A stretch of 64,000 bases of DNA, from positions 1-64,000 of the IMG/VR virus record IMGVR_UViG_3300017991_000072. One strand, 5' to 3'. Source of the DNA: a virus. The notes under the pieces are model-generated. The model was not told the origin of the DNA. It did not search any database and saw nothing but the letters and a program-made list of their open reading frames with translations. Made by a program: the position numbers and the translations under genes. Of this stretch, positions 38,836 to 46,916 are shown in pieces (within the stretch, counting starts at the first letter, position 1; every line of letters starts with the position of its first letter).

Positions 38836-38972
38836 CCCCCTGGTGAAAAAAAATTCGCCAGGGGGTCTTTTTTCTTCACTTTTCTCTTGACAAATGGGGG
38901 ACCATGGTTTATAATAGAGCCATGATGAAGGAAGGAAACAAACCCCAAACCCCCCAAAAGGAGGAGGACCTG
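38836..38972 (+). promoter_or_regulatory. Terminator-promoter module 3
   Basis: Stem with a G-U pair, TTGACA(38887)-17-TATAAT. Confidence 0.9.
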
Positions 38973-39383
38973 ATGATGACCCTTCAAGAAGCTACCGCTG
39001 GACTGATCGCTGGAACCGTGACCACGGATGACCTGAAGGTCCAAGGGTTCACGGCTGATGAACTGATCGCTGTGGTGGAGGCCATCCCGCCGTTCACAGG
39101 CTGTCCCTGTTGTTCGGATGAAGAGCCCGGCGCTGACTACGCGGACTTCAACATGTCCCTGTCCCGTCAGTTGGCCTTGGCTGACGTGAAGGTCTGTGGG
39201 TCCTGTGGAGCCATCCACGGAACCGTGGAGACCTGGGAAGCGGCCCACATGGTCTACCACCCCACGATGGTGGCCAAGGCCACGGGGGAGGAGATCTACG
39301 TGGACCTGACGATCCGTTCAGAGAATGAACGGTTCCATGGCTGGATGGACTCCGCCACCAAGAACCTGACCCAGGTTGGCTAG
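38922..39383 (+). CDS. Hypothetical Zn-binding protein (CPCC..CGSC; second start 38973)
   Basis: Module 3. Confidence 0.7.
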   Translation: MMKEGNKPQTPQKEEDLMMTLQEATAGLIAGTVTTDDLKVQGFTADELIAVVEAIPPFTGCPCCSDEEPGADYADFNMSLSRQLALADVKVCGSCGAIHGTVETWEAAHMVYHPTMVAKATGEEIYVDLTIRSENERFHGWMDSATKNLTQVG

Positions 39384-39457
39384 GACCTGGGAGGAAGCCA
39401 GGGAGGGACCCGTGGGTCCCTCCCTTCTTCGTTCAACCCCAAACCCAGGAGGAGACG

Positions 39458-39664
39458 ATGACCAGAGAAGAGGCCCAACGGATGGACCCAGAGGAGGCCA
39501 AGCTGAAGGCCAAGAGACTGGCCCAGGAAGCTGATGAACTGATCTCCAAGATGGAACTGGCCCACCCCCATTCCCAACGCTACACTGAACTGTGGAACGA
39601 ACTGACAGCCGTGGAACAGGAACAGCTAGTTCTGACCTGGGCTCCAGGCTACGGAGCCTGGTGA
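39458..39664 (+). CDS. Hypothetical protein
   Basis: Hairpin, leader and SD. Confidence 0.7.
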   Translation: MTREEAQRMDPEEAKLKAKRLAQEADELISKMELAHPHSQRYTELWNELTAVEQEQLVLTWAPGYGAW

Positions 39665-39722
39665 CGGAATAGAGCCCAGGCCCTACCCCTGGCGAACGAT
39701 CCAGGGGAGGGACCTGGGACGG

Positions 39723-39755
39723 GAGCCCCGGCGTTCAGACCGGGGCTCTTTTTTT
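39723..39755 (+). terminator. Intrinsic terminator
   Basis: GAGCCCCGG..CCGGGGCTC followed by T7. Confidence 0.8.
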
Positions 39756-39859
39756 GTCTGGATCCCCTGGCCTATGCTCCGCCTCCGCACCGTCCCGGAT
39801 GTGGTATTATCCCACCACAATGTCAAGAGAAGAGTGAAAAAAATTTCGTCTGGTGTCAA

Positions 39860-40001
39860 GATTTCTTCATTTTTCTCTTGACTTTTAGGATTGACCTGGG
39901 GTATAATAGGGCCACAGTCAAGATAGTTGACTGGTTGAATTCGGATCTTTGACAACTGAATAACGGACACAGAAACCCCCAAACCCCAAGGAGGGAAACC
40001 C
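39860..40001 (+). promoter_or_regulatory. Promoter module 4 with hairpin and rrn-type boxA in the leader
   Basis: TTGACT(39878)-18-TATAAT; hairpin 39915-39933; GATCTTTGACAACTGAATA at 39944-39962. Confidence 0.75.
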
Positions 40002-40241
40002 ATGGACGTGTTCTCTGTTCTGATCATCGTGGCTGTGGTTCTGACCAAGGTGGAGGCCCTGGAGGACGCCCTGGAGGCTTCTGAAGCGGACTTCTTCCCC
40101 GCCCAGGTCCTTGTGGTCCTGGTGGCCAGGGACGCCCTGGTGGGAGCCCTGGCGGGCTTCCTGGAGACGGGAACGGGGCTCCAGGATCTCCTGGACGCGG
40201 CCCTGGACCTGGATGACGCCCTGGTCAAGCTGGCGAAGTAG
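40002..40241 (+). CDS. Hypothetical Leu/Ala-rich protein
   Basis: Leader and GGAGG SD. Confidence 0.6.
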   Translation: MDVFSVLIIVAVVLTKVEALEDALEASEADFFPAQVLVVLVARDALVGALAGFLETGTGLQDLLDAALDLDDALVKLAK

Positions 40242-40246
40242 AAACA

Positions 40247-40380
40247 GACCCCCAGAGAAAAAAATTCTCTGGGGGTCATTTTTTCTTCATTTTTCCCTTG
40301 ACTTTTAGGAATGGGTGGTTTATAATAGGGTCATGATGAACGAAGGAAACAAACCCCAAACCCCCAAGAAGGAGGAAACC
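40247..40380 (+). promoter_or_regulatory. Terminator-promoter module 5
   Basis: GACCCCCAGAGAA/TTCTCTGGGGGTC; TTGACT(40298)-17-TATAAT. Confidence 0.9.
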
Positions 40381-40638
40381 ATGAACCAGATGACAACGAA
40401 GAAGAACGCGGGAAGAGACATGGTCCGGAAGGTGAAGGCGGAACAGATGTCCTTTGTGACGGAGGACCAGTTGGCCGTTATCGCGGAGGACGATGAAACC
40501 AGGATGACCCCCATCCTTGTCCGCTGTGGGAATGGACGCTTCACGTGTCCCGCCCAGAACGCGGCCTGGTTCATTGACATCATCACCAAGGAAGGGACGG
40601 ACTACGTCAGGGACGCCTCCATCTACTCCAGCTACTAG
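40333..40638 (+). CDS. Hypothetical early protein (second start 40381)
   Basis: Module 5. Confidence 0.7.
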   Translation: MMNEGNKPQTPKKEETMNQMTTKKNAGRDMVRKVKAEQMSFVTEDQLAVIAEDDETRMTPILVRCGNGRFTCPAQNAAWFIDIITKEGTDYVRDASIYSSY

Positions 40639-40652
40639 CCTGAACCCCTCCA

Positions 40653-40786
40653 GCCCCCCAGAGAAAAAAATTCTCTGGGGGGCCTTTTTTCTTCACTTTT
40701 CTCTTGACTTTCTTGACGGGGTGGGCTATAATAAGATCATGGAAACAGCGAACAAACCCCAAACCCCCAAACCCCAGGAGGACAGA
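40653..40786 (+). promoter_or_regulatory. Terminator-promoter module 6
   Basis: Same stem; TTGACT(40704)-17-TATAAT. Confidence 0.9.
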
Positions 40787-41191
40787 ATGTCAGTCACACA
40801 GTTCAGCGCGGAAGCCGTTTCCCAGATGGCCCACAGCATAGCCGCCCACGCCCGTCTTGATGAAGAGTTGGCGGAGATCATCCTGGAGTCCAAGGCGGCC
40901 CACCACGCTGGCCGCGTGGAGTTCAACCTGGACACGGATGACGTTTCCTTCAAGCTGGTCCACTACATGAGGCTGTCCAACCTGGTGGCCTACTCCATCC
41001 AATACCAGGAGCCCATGGTTCCCGTCTACACCATTGATGACTACTACGGGGAACCCCTGGTGGCCAAGGAGCTGGCGGAGGAAATTGACCACTGGATCTA
41101 CAACGTCCAGACCAACGCGGGGACCGCCCTGGTGGACCCGCTCTGGTTTGAACTGTTCCAGGCTGTCAGGGACCACCTGGCCGCGAAGTAG
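40739..41191 (+). CDS. Hypothetical early protein (second start 40787)
   Basis: Module 6. Confidence 0.7.
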   Translation: METANKPQTPKPQEDRMSVTQFSAEAVSQMAHSIAAHARLDEELAEIILESKAAHHAGRVEFNLDTDDVSFKLVHYMRLSNLVAYSIQYQEPMVPVYTIDDYYGEPLVAKELAEEIDHWIYNVQTNAGTALVDPLWFELFQAVRDHLAAK

Positions 41192-41204
41192 CCCACGGCC
41201 TCCA

Positions 41205-41332
41205 GACCCCCAGAGAAAAAAATTCTCTGGGGGTCATTTTTTCTTCATTTTTCTCTTGACTTTTCCCCGGGGATGGGTTACAATAAGATCATGGAAACAG
41301 GAAATCAACCCCAAACCCCGAAGGAGCCCAAG
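41205..41332 (+). promoter_or_regulatory. Terminator-promoter module 7
   Basis: Same stem; TTGACT(41256)-17-TACAAT. Confidence 0.9.
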
Positions 41333-41563
41333 ATGAAGATGAACCCCAACGGATCAGTCAGTTTCAGCTATGAAGAGATCGTGGCGGCGGCGGAAGAGAC
41401 CAAGAAGGCGGAAGCGGCCCGCGCCAACGCGCCCATGATGGCCGTCAGCTATGAAACCCCCGTAGGGACCTTCAAGGACTGGATCAAGGCGGCGGAGCGC
41501 GTGGAGGCTTTGGACATGGACCCCGTGGAGGTCATCAAGGTAGTCAGAACCCCTATCAGCTAA
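41291..41563 (+). CDS. Hypothetical early protein (second start 41333)
   Basis: Module 7. Confidence 0.7.
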   Translation: METGNQPQTPKEPKMKMNPNGSVSFSYEEIVAAAEETKKAEAARANAPMMAVSYETPVGTFKDWIKAAERVEALDMDPVEVIKVVRTPIS

Positions 41564-41630
41564 GGACAGGAACCACGCCCCCCCAGGATCCCCTGGGGGG
41601 CCAACCCCAACCCCAACGAAGGAGGACACG

Positions 41631-42029
41631 ATGAACAGACAAGCCAAGATCCCCCAGGAGATGGCCACCTACCTGGTGGACGCGGAGGACAAAGGCTGGA
41701 CCGGTGGCCAGGTGACCAGGTGGGTCCGGAACTGGATGAAGGACCTAGTCTGGGATGACAAGGACCCCCTGGGGGAGTCCGTGGCCGTGACCGTCCCCTG
41801 TTCCCTGGTGGACCAATACGGGAAGCTGATGGCCAAGGAGGACGAAGTCAGGACCTTGATGGAGACCAGAGCCCAGACCCTTGGCCTGGTGTCCTGTGAC
41901 CCCAGGTCTGAAGAGTACAGGGAGACCAGGAGGAAACACCTGAACCTAGTCAACGCCCTGGACATGGTCAGGGAGTCCAGGAGGAACCTGGAAGACGCCA
42001 TGACCTGGGTCCTGTTGGCCCAACTGTAG
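41631..42029 (+). CDS. Hypothetical protein
   Basis: Hairpin, leader and SD. Confidence 0.7.
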   Translation: MNRQAKIPQEMATYLVDAEDKGWTGGQVTRWVRNWMKDLVWDDKDPLGESVAVTVPCSLVDQYGKLMAKEDEVRTLMETRAQTLGLVSCDPRSEEYRETRRKHLNLVNALDMVRESRRNLEDAMTWVLLAQL

Positions 42030-42080
42030 ACGAACCCAACGCGGCCCCCTGGGGAGACCTGGGGGGCCAAGGAGGACCCC

Positions 42081-42386
42081 ATGGAAGGACAAGAACCCAA
42101 GATGGTCTCCGTCATGGTGGCGGAGAAGCTTCTACAGGATTATGACACGGCCTTGATGGGAGCCAGGAACATGGAGGGACGCCTATTGAACGCTGAACAG
42201 TGTCTTCTCCAGTCCGTCCTGGACTGTGACCAGGAAGCCTATGAAGAGGCCCTGGCCCAGAGGGACAGGGTCCAGGCTTCTCTGGACCTGGCCAAGAACC
42301 AGGCGGCGGCCCTGTCCGTCACGATAGCCAAGAAGGCCCTTCAAGACTGGATGACCCCAGGGACTCCAGTCTTCCCAGAGGATTGA
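42081..42386 (+). CDS. Hypothetical coiled-coil protein
   Basis: Hairpin and AAGGAGG SD. Confidence 0.7.
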   Translation: MEGQEPKMVSVMVAEKLLQDYDTALMGARNMEGRLLNAEQCLLQSVLDCDQEAYEEALAQRDRVQASLDLAKNQAAALSVTIAKKALQDWMTPGTPVFPED

Positions 42387-42387
42387 A

Positions 42388-42446
42388 CCACGGGTCCTCC
42401 CGTGGGTTTGGGGTGGGGCTCCCCCAGGGGTGGGGGAGCCCCTTTC
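42388..42446 (+). ncRNA. 3'-end anti-leader element plus terminator
   Basis: GTCCTCCCGTGGGTTTGGGGT (antisense to shared leader), then GGGGCTCCCCCA/TGGGGGAGCCCC stem and TTT. Confidence 0.55.
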
Positions 42447-42448
42447 TA

Positions 42449-42477
42449 TTGACTTCAGGCGGACCATGGTCTACACT
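42449..42477 (+). promoter_or_regulatory. sigma70 promoter for sRNA-1
   Basis: TTGACT-17-TACACT. Confidence 0.7.
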
Positions 42478-42483
42478 GAAGCC

Positions 42484-42565
42484 TGATCCACAGGGAACGG
42501 CGGGGCTTCCCCGTCCTCCTTGGGGTTTGGGGTAGGGGTCCAGGAGGGGTCCTGGACCCCTCTTT
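42484..42565 (+). ncRNA. Putative anti-leader sRNA-1
   Basis: Own promoter and terminator, no ORF; 42513-42533 is the exact reverse complement of ACCCCAAACCCCAAGGAGGAC. Confidence 0.65.
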
Positions 42566-42615
42566 ATATTGTGGTTCTTCTTGAACAGCTCCCCCACATG
42601 TGGTATGGTGGAACC

Positions 42616-42705
42616 TGCTAGGGCTGACTTGGTGTCCGTACCAGCGCCGGGTCACTCTGTTTCCTCCTTTGGGCTCCCCACGCGCCACGGGGAGCCCTTC
42701 CCTTC
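42616..42705 (+). ncRNA. Putative anti-SD sRNA-2
   Basis: TTGAAC(42581)-17-TATGGT promoter, 10-bp stem with three G-U pairs, GTTTCCTCCTTTGGG, terminator-like stem 42671-42697. Confidence 0.5.
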
Positions 42706-42707
42706 TA

Positions 42708-42723
42708 TGTTCCACGTGAAACC
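42708..42723. promoter_or_regulatory. parS-like site
   Basis: TGTTCCACGTGAAACC, 15/16 match to TGTTNCACGTGAAACA; intergenic. Confidence 0.55.
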
Positions 42724-42863
42724 CTGACTCCCTGGACCCCCGGGCCATGCTCCGGCCGGAGACCGTCCCGGATGTGGTATTCATCCACCACAACGTCAAG
42801 TCCCCACTTGACACGCCCCCCTTCCTCCTCCCCCCTGGTTATGCTCCCCCCAGGAAATCCGGG

Positions 42864-42911
42864 ACACCACATGTGGTATACCCACGGCCACGGACCCCCT
42901 ACATTTTGTGG
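42864..42911. promoter_or_regulatory. Tandem NrdR-box-like operator pair (32 bp apart)
   Basis: ACACCACATGTGGTAT and CCCCTACATTTTGTGG. Confidence 0.5.
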
Positions 42912-42919
42912 TGTCATAT

Positions 42920-43029
42920 AGCGAATTTTTCTACACTGAACCCTTGACAACAGGGGGTCCCCTGGTGTATATTAGGGGTAGATAGTGAGAATGAAACGGA
43001 CCCCAGAACCCCAAACCAAGGAGGACAGG
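42920..43029 (+). promoter_or_regulatory. Promoter module 8 (divergent copy)
   Basis: TTGACA(42944)-18-TATATT with TG; leader and SD. Confidence 0.75.
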
Positions 43030-43416
43030 ATGAACGCAAGAACCAACGATGACTTCAGGAAGGAAGGAACCAGGAAGGCCACGCTGGCGTTCCTTTCCGC
43101 CCTGACAGAACAGGAGGAAAGCGGAGAACCCCCGGCCATGTTCATGATCTGTCAACAGAAGAACCCCATCACGGGACGGAGGAATGAAGTCAGGTTGACG
43201 GCCGGTGTTCAGGCCATGGGAGCCATAGCGGCCGGTCACGTCCTGAAAGCCGTTCATGACTTTGACACCTTCACAGAGGATAATGACCCCTACGGGGAAC
43301 ATGACTTTGGGATCGTCAGGATGGAAGGGGAAACCCTGAACTGGAAGATTGATGACTACCAGGGCTATGATGGGATTGAATTGGTCCTGACCATCATGAC
43401 GGCCATGGAATACTAG
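42991..43416 (+). CDS. DUF3768-like protein (second start 43030)
   Basis: FDTFTEDNDPYGEHDFG, WKIDDY, VLTIMTAMEY signature. Confidence 0.8.
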   Translation: MKRTPEPQTKEDRMNARTNDDFRKEGTRKATLAFLSALTEQEESGEPPAMFMICQQKNPITGRRNEVRLTAGVQAMGAIAAGHVLKAVHDFDTFTEDNDPYGEHDFGIVRMEGETLNWKIDDYQGYDGIELVLTIMTAMEY

Positions 43417-43477
43417 AAACCCCAGGGAGCCCGGCCACGGCCGGGCTCCCACCACCCCCCAAACCAAGGAGGACAGA

Positions 43478-43741
43478 ATGGACCCCATCACGAACCCAAG
43501 ACCCACCACCCACCAATGGAAGGAAGGGGACAGGGTAGCCTTTTCTAAAGCCTTCCTCCGCAACACTGGCCAGTGTGACTATGAAACGGCCAGAGGCCGG
43601 GGGACCATCATCAGCGTGGCCCCCGTGGGGGACCTGACCATAGCGTCTATCAGATGGGACGGGATAGGTCTGGTCACTAACGTCAACGTGTTGAACCTGT
43701 CCCTGGTCACCAGGGACGGGGTAGTTCAGGACAGGGACTAG
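43478..43741 (+). CDS. Small SH3-like beta-barrel hypothetical protein
   Basis: GDRVAFSK.FLR..RGTI..IRWD..NV..NL. Confidence 0.65.
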   Translation: MDPITNPRPTTHQWKEGDRVAFSKAFLRNTGQCDYETARGRGTIISVAPVGDLTIASIRWDGIGLVTNVNVLNLSLVTRDGVVQDRD

Positions 43742-43801
43742 GAAGTCACCAGGGAGCCCTGGCGCTGGCCGGGGCTCCCACCCCCACCCAAGGAGGACAG
43801 G

Positions 43802-44041
43802 ATGGATCTGGAACGCTACAGGGTCTTCACAGCCCAGAAATTCATGGCCATGACCACGGGGGAACGCCAGAGGACAAAGCCCACCATGATGTTCAGCCGG
43901 GAATACCTGGCCCTGGCCCTGGCGCTGGCCTCTGAAAAGGTCATCATCTATGACGCCCAGGAAGACCTGGCGTGGCATTGTGGGGACCTGGTCACGAAGG
44001 CGGGATGGTACGATGGGAGCGGACAGCTAGTCAACCCGTAG
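43802..44041 (+). CDS. Hypothetical protein
   Basis: Hairpin, leader and SD. Confidence 0.65.
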   Translation: MDLERYRVFTAQKFMAMTTGERQRTKPTMMFSREYLALALALASEKVIIYDAQEDLAWHCGDLVTKAGWYDGSGQLVNP

Positions 44042-44267
44042 CCCTTCACCGGGGACCTGGTGAAGGGGTCCCCTTGGTTAGCCGGTCCCGGGGAAACCCG
44101 GGGCCGGTCTTTTTATGCTCCCCTCTGGCCCCGTCCCGGATTGTGGTATACTGTATCCACAATGTCAAGCCCTGGCTTGACGGGCCGTCTGCTAATCCAC
44201 GAAAAGCCGGGACGGCCCCACATGTGGTAGGCCCCGTCCACCACCCCTATATTTTGTGGTGTCCGTG

Positions 44268-44382
44268 GGCGTCTTTTTCTTCACTTTTCTCTTGACAAAA
44301 GGGGAACGCCGGGCGTATAATAGACCTGTAAGCTGAACAAAGGGTTCAGCGAAACCCCAACCCCCAACCAAGGGAGGACAGA
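44268..44382 (+). promoter_or_regulatory. Promoter module 9
   Basis: TTGACA(44292)-18-TATAAT; 5' hairpin GCTGAAC/GTTCAGC in place of an upstream ATG. Confidence 0.85.
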
Positions 44383-44580
44383 ATGTTGGTAGCGTGTTAC
44401 AAGACCAAGAAGGCTTTGAAGGAAGCCGTGGGACAGGCTCTTCTATATGAAGAGACTTCCTTGTTCGGGGAGGAATACCGCCCGGACGGGACGTTCCCAG
44501 TGGTAGGCCCCGGGGCCTATGAGCGTAAATGGTACGCGGAAGTTACCATGAAGGGAGGGAAGATCCACAAGGTCAAGTAG
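44383..44580 (+). CDS. Small phage hypothetical protein
   Basis: YKTKKALKEAVG..ETSLFGEEY..RKWYAEVTM pattern; leader and SD. Confidence 0.75.
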   Translation: MLVACYKTKKALKEAVGQALLYEETSLFGEEYRPDGTFPVVGPGAYERKWYAEVTMKGGKIHKVK

Positions 44581-44639
44581 GAACCTGAACCGGCCCGGGG
44601 CTCCGGCCCCGGGCCATTCTTCCAACCAAGGGAGGAACC

Positions 44640-44924
44640 ATGAACACACAAGAGACCCTAGAATTCACTGGACACCAGATGGCCCGGGCCAATACGGTCC
44701 TGTCAAGCCTTGACGGAGCTGGCCCTATGTCCGTCTGTAAAGCCGCCGCCGTGGCCCAGAAGGCCAACCAAATAGCGGAAAGCCTACCAGCCCTTGACAA
44801 GCTGGCCGGACACCTTGAAAGCCATCCTGATGACCCCGTGGCCCTTCTGGCCGTTCAAGCCTATACCGTGGCCGTGGGCGTCCACCTTGACCTTCTGGAA
44901 CTGACCCTTCAAATGACCCTATAG
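44640..44924 (+). CDS. Hypothetical protein
   Basis: Hairpin, leader and SD. Confidence 0.65.
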   Translation: MNTQETLEFTGHQMARANTVLSSLDGAGPMSVCKAAAVAQKANQIAESLPALDKLAGHLESHPDDPVALLAVQAYTVAVGVHLDLLELTLQMTL

Positions 44925-45185
44925 CCTCCCCCCAGGGGGGAGGAATTCCCCCTTGGTTGGCCCCGGTCCCTTCTGGGACCGGGGCCTTTCTTTTGTCAAC
45001 CCCAGACTTGACATAGTGGTGTGCAAATGTCATTTTCCGTCCCGGACGTTGACCGTTTCCCAGGGCTCCCAGAGCGGAGCGGAGCGGAGCGGGTCCCCGT
45101 AGGGGACCACGGCCCCCGTCCCATCCGGGACGGGGGCCGGGAACCGCATAGAGAGAAGAGACCGGAACCGGACCCGGCCGGACCC

Positions 45186-45311
45186 ACCTGAAAAAAAATT
45201 CGCGGGAGGACGTTTTTTCTTCACTTTTCCCTTGACTTTCGTTCTGGGATGGTTTAGAATAGGGGTGTAATGAGGAAACGAAACACACCCCAAACCCCGA
45301 AGGAGGCCAAG
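45186..45311 (+). promoter_or_regulatory. Promoter module 10
   Basis: TTGACT(45232)-17-TAGAAT. Confidence 0.85.
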
Positions 45312-46226
45312 ATGGCAACACAGAGCGGACAGGACAAGGTTTTCCAGATCTTCACAGACCAGATCATGGACATGTTGGAAGAGGGGACGGTCCCCTGGCG
45401 TCAACCTTGGAAGGGCGGGAAGATCCCCATGTCCTTCCAGACCAAGCGGCCCTACCGTGGGATGAACGTCTGGTTCCTGAACAGCGTGGCCATTCATCGC
45501 GGCTACACATCCAACTGGTGGGTGTCCCTGAAGTCAGTGAAGAAGGCCAAGGGCTGGATCAAGGACGATGAATTCAAGAAGTCAGTGACCGTGATCTTCT
45601 GTAGGCCCAAGCGGTACGAAGTGGAGACGGACGAAGTGGACGAACAGGGCCAGCCGGTCAAGGAAGAGCGGATGTCCTTCATCTACTTCTACCACACGGT
45701 ATGGAACATGGACCAGGTGGAAGGGATGACGGCCCCTGACGCGGACCAGGACGCGGAGGAGCGGACCCCCAACCAGATCCTTGAAGAGGCCCAGGCCATC
45801 ATTGACGGCTACCAGAACGGCCCAGAGATCAGCCACGGCGGGACCAGGGCTTTCTATCGTCCCTCTGATGACTCCGTGACGGTCCCAGAGATGGAACTGT
45901 TCCAGGACAGCGAGAACTACTACCACGTGATGTATCATGAACTGGCACACTCCACGGGTCACGGTTCCCGCCTTGGGCGGAAGGGAGTCATGGACCTGAC
46001 CATGTTTGGATCCCATGACTACTCCAAGGAGGAACTGGTGGCGGAGATGGGAGCGGGCTTCCTGGGAGCCCTGGTGGGACTGACCCCCAGGACCATTGAC
46101 AACACGGCGGCCTACATCCAGTCCTGGCTGAAGGCCCTGAACGATGACAAGCGGCTCCTGGTCTACGCGGCCAGCAAAGGCCAGGCGGCGGCGGAACACA
46201 TCCTGGGCGTGACCTGGGAAGGATAA
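45270..46226 (+). CDS. ardC: ArdC-like ssDNA-binding anti-restriction protein (DUF1738 plus zincin-like domain; second start 45312)
   Basis: PWRQPW, RPYRGMN, VWN.DQ.EG, AFYRPS.D, HELAHSTGH..RL.R, YSKEELVAE, AAYIQSWL. Confidence 0.9.
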   Translation: MRKRNTPQTPKEAKMATQSGQDKVFQIFTDQIMDMLEEGTVPWRQPWKGGKIPMSFQTKRPYRGMNVWFLNSVAIHRGYTSNWWVSLKSVKKAKGWIKDDEFKKSVTVIFCRPKRYEVETDEVDEQGQPVKEERMSFIYFYHTVWNMDQVEGMTAPDADQDAEERTPNQILEEAQAIIDGYQNGPEISHGGTRAFYRPSDDSVTVPEMELFQDSENYYHVMYHELAHSTGHGSRLGRKGVMDLTMFGSHDYSKEELVAEMGAGFLGALVGLTPRTIDNTAAYIQSWLKALNDDKRLLVYAASKGQAAAEHILGVTWEG

Positions 46227-46301
46227 CAGGGAGGAAGCCTGGGAGTCCCACAGTGGGGCTCCCAGGCCCTTCAAACCCCAAACCAGAAGGAGGACAGAAC
46301 G

Positions 46302-46775
46302 ATGGAACAGACAGACTACACAGCGGACAGAGAACTGGCGGTCAAGGCCCTGGAACAGATGGACTACATCCACCTGGAACGCGGACAGGTGGCGGCCCTG
46401 GTGGACACCTACCGGGTCATCACCACCCATAACCCTGGCGCGGTCCCAGGCCATGAAGAGGAACTAGGGACCCTGGCCGGGCTCCTGGTCATGAGCGTAG
46501 GAACTGGCGTCAAGCTGATCCCAGAGGACGGACCCCCCAACGTCCGGGTGGGAGTCCCCAGGCTCCTGGTGGAAGCCATCAAGGACATCAACATCCAGAG
46601 GGACAAACTGGCGGCCTACAAGGAGGAACACAAGGACGGAGGAGGACCAATAGACCCCAAGTCCATGGAAGTCCTGGAGGCCCAACAGGCTACCCACAGG
46701 GCGGCCCTTTCCACGGCCCTGGTCAACGTCATCATCACGGACTTGGCTGGAATGGCGGACGCTGGAAGCTACTAG
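46302..46775 (+). CDS. Hypothetical protein
   Basis: Hairpin, leader and SD; terminator at about 46793-46832. Confidence 0.7.
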   Translation: MEQTDYTADRELAVKALEQMDYIHLERGQVAALVDTYRVITTHNPGAVPGHEEELGTLAGLLVMSVGTGVKLIPEDGPPNVRVGVPRLLVEAIKDINIQRDKLAAYKEEHKDGGGPIDPKSMEVLEAQQATHRAALSTALVNVIITDLAGMADAGSY

Positions 46776-46916
46776 ACTGACCCTCCCCCACAGAGCCCCG
46801 GCCCGGTTCGTCCGGTCCGGGGCTCTTCTTTTATGCGGGCCGGGACTAGCGTCCCGGATATACGCCATTTCCCACGGTCCCCATCACGTGGTAGACTATG
46901 GATGAAAGGAGATCCC

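Noticed and set aside
42513-42540. G-quadruplex in the G-rich sRNA segment
   Set aside because: The later G-runs are committed to the terminator stem, and antisense complementarity already explains the others
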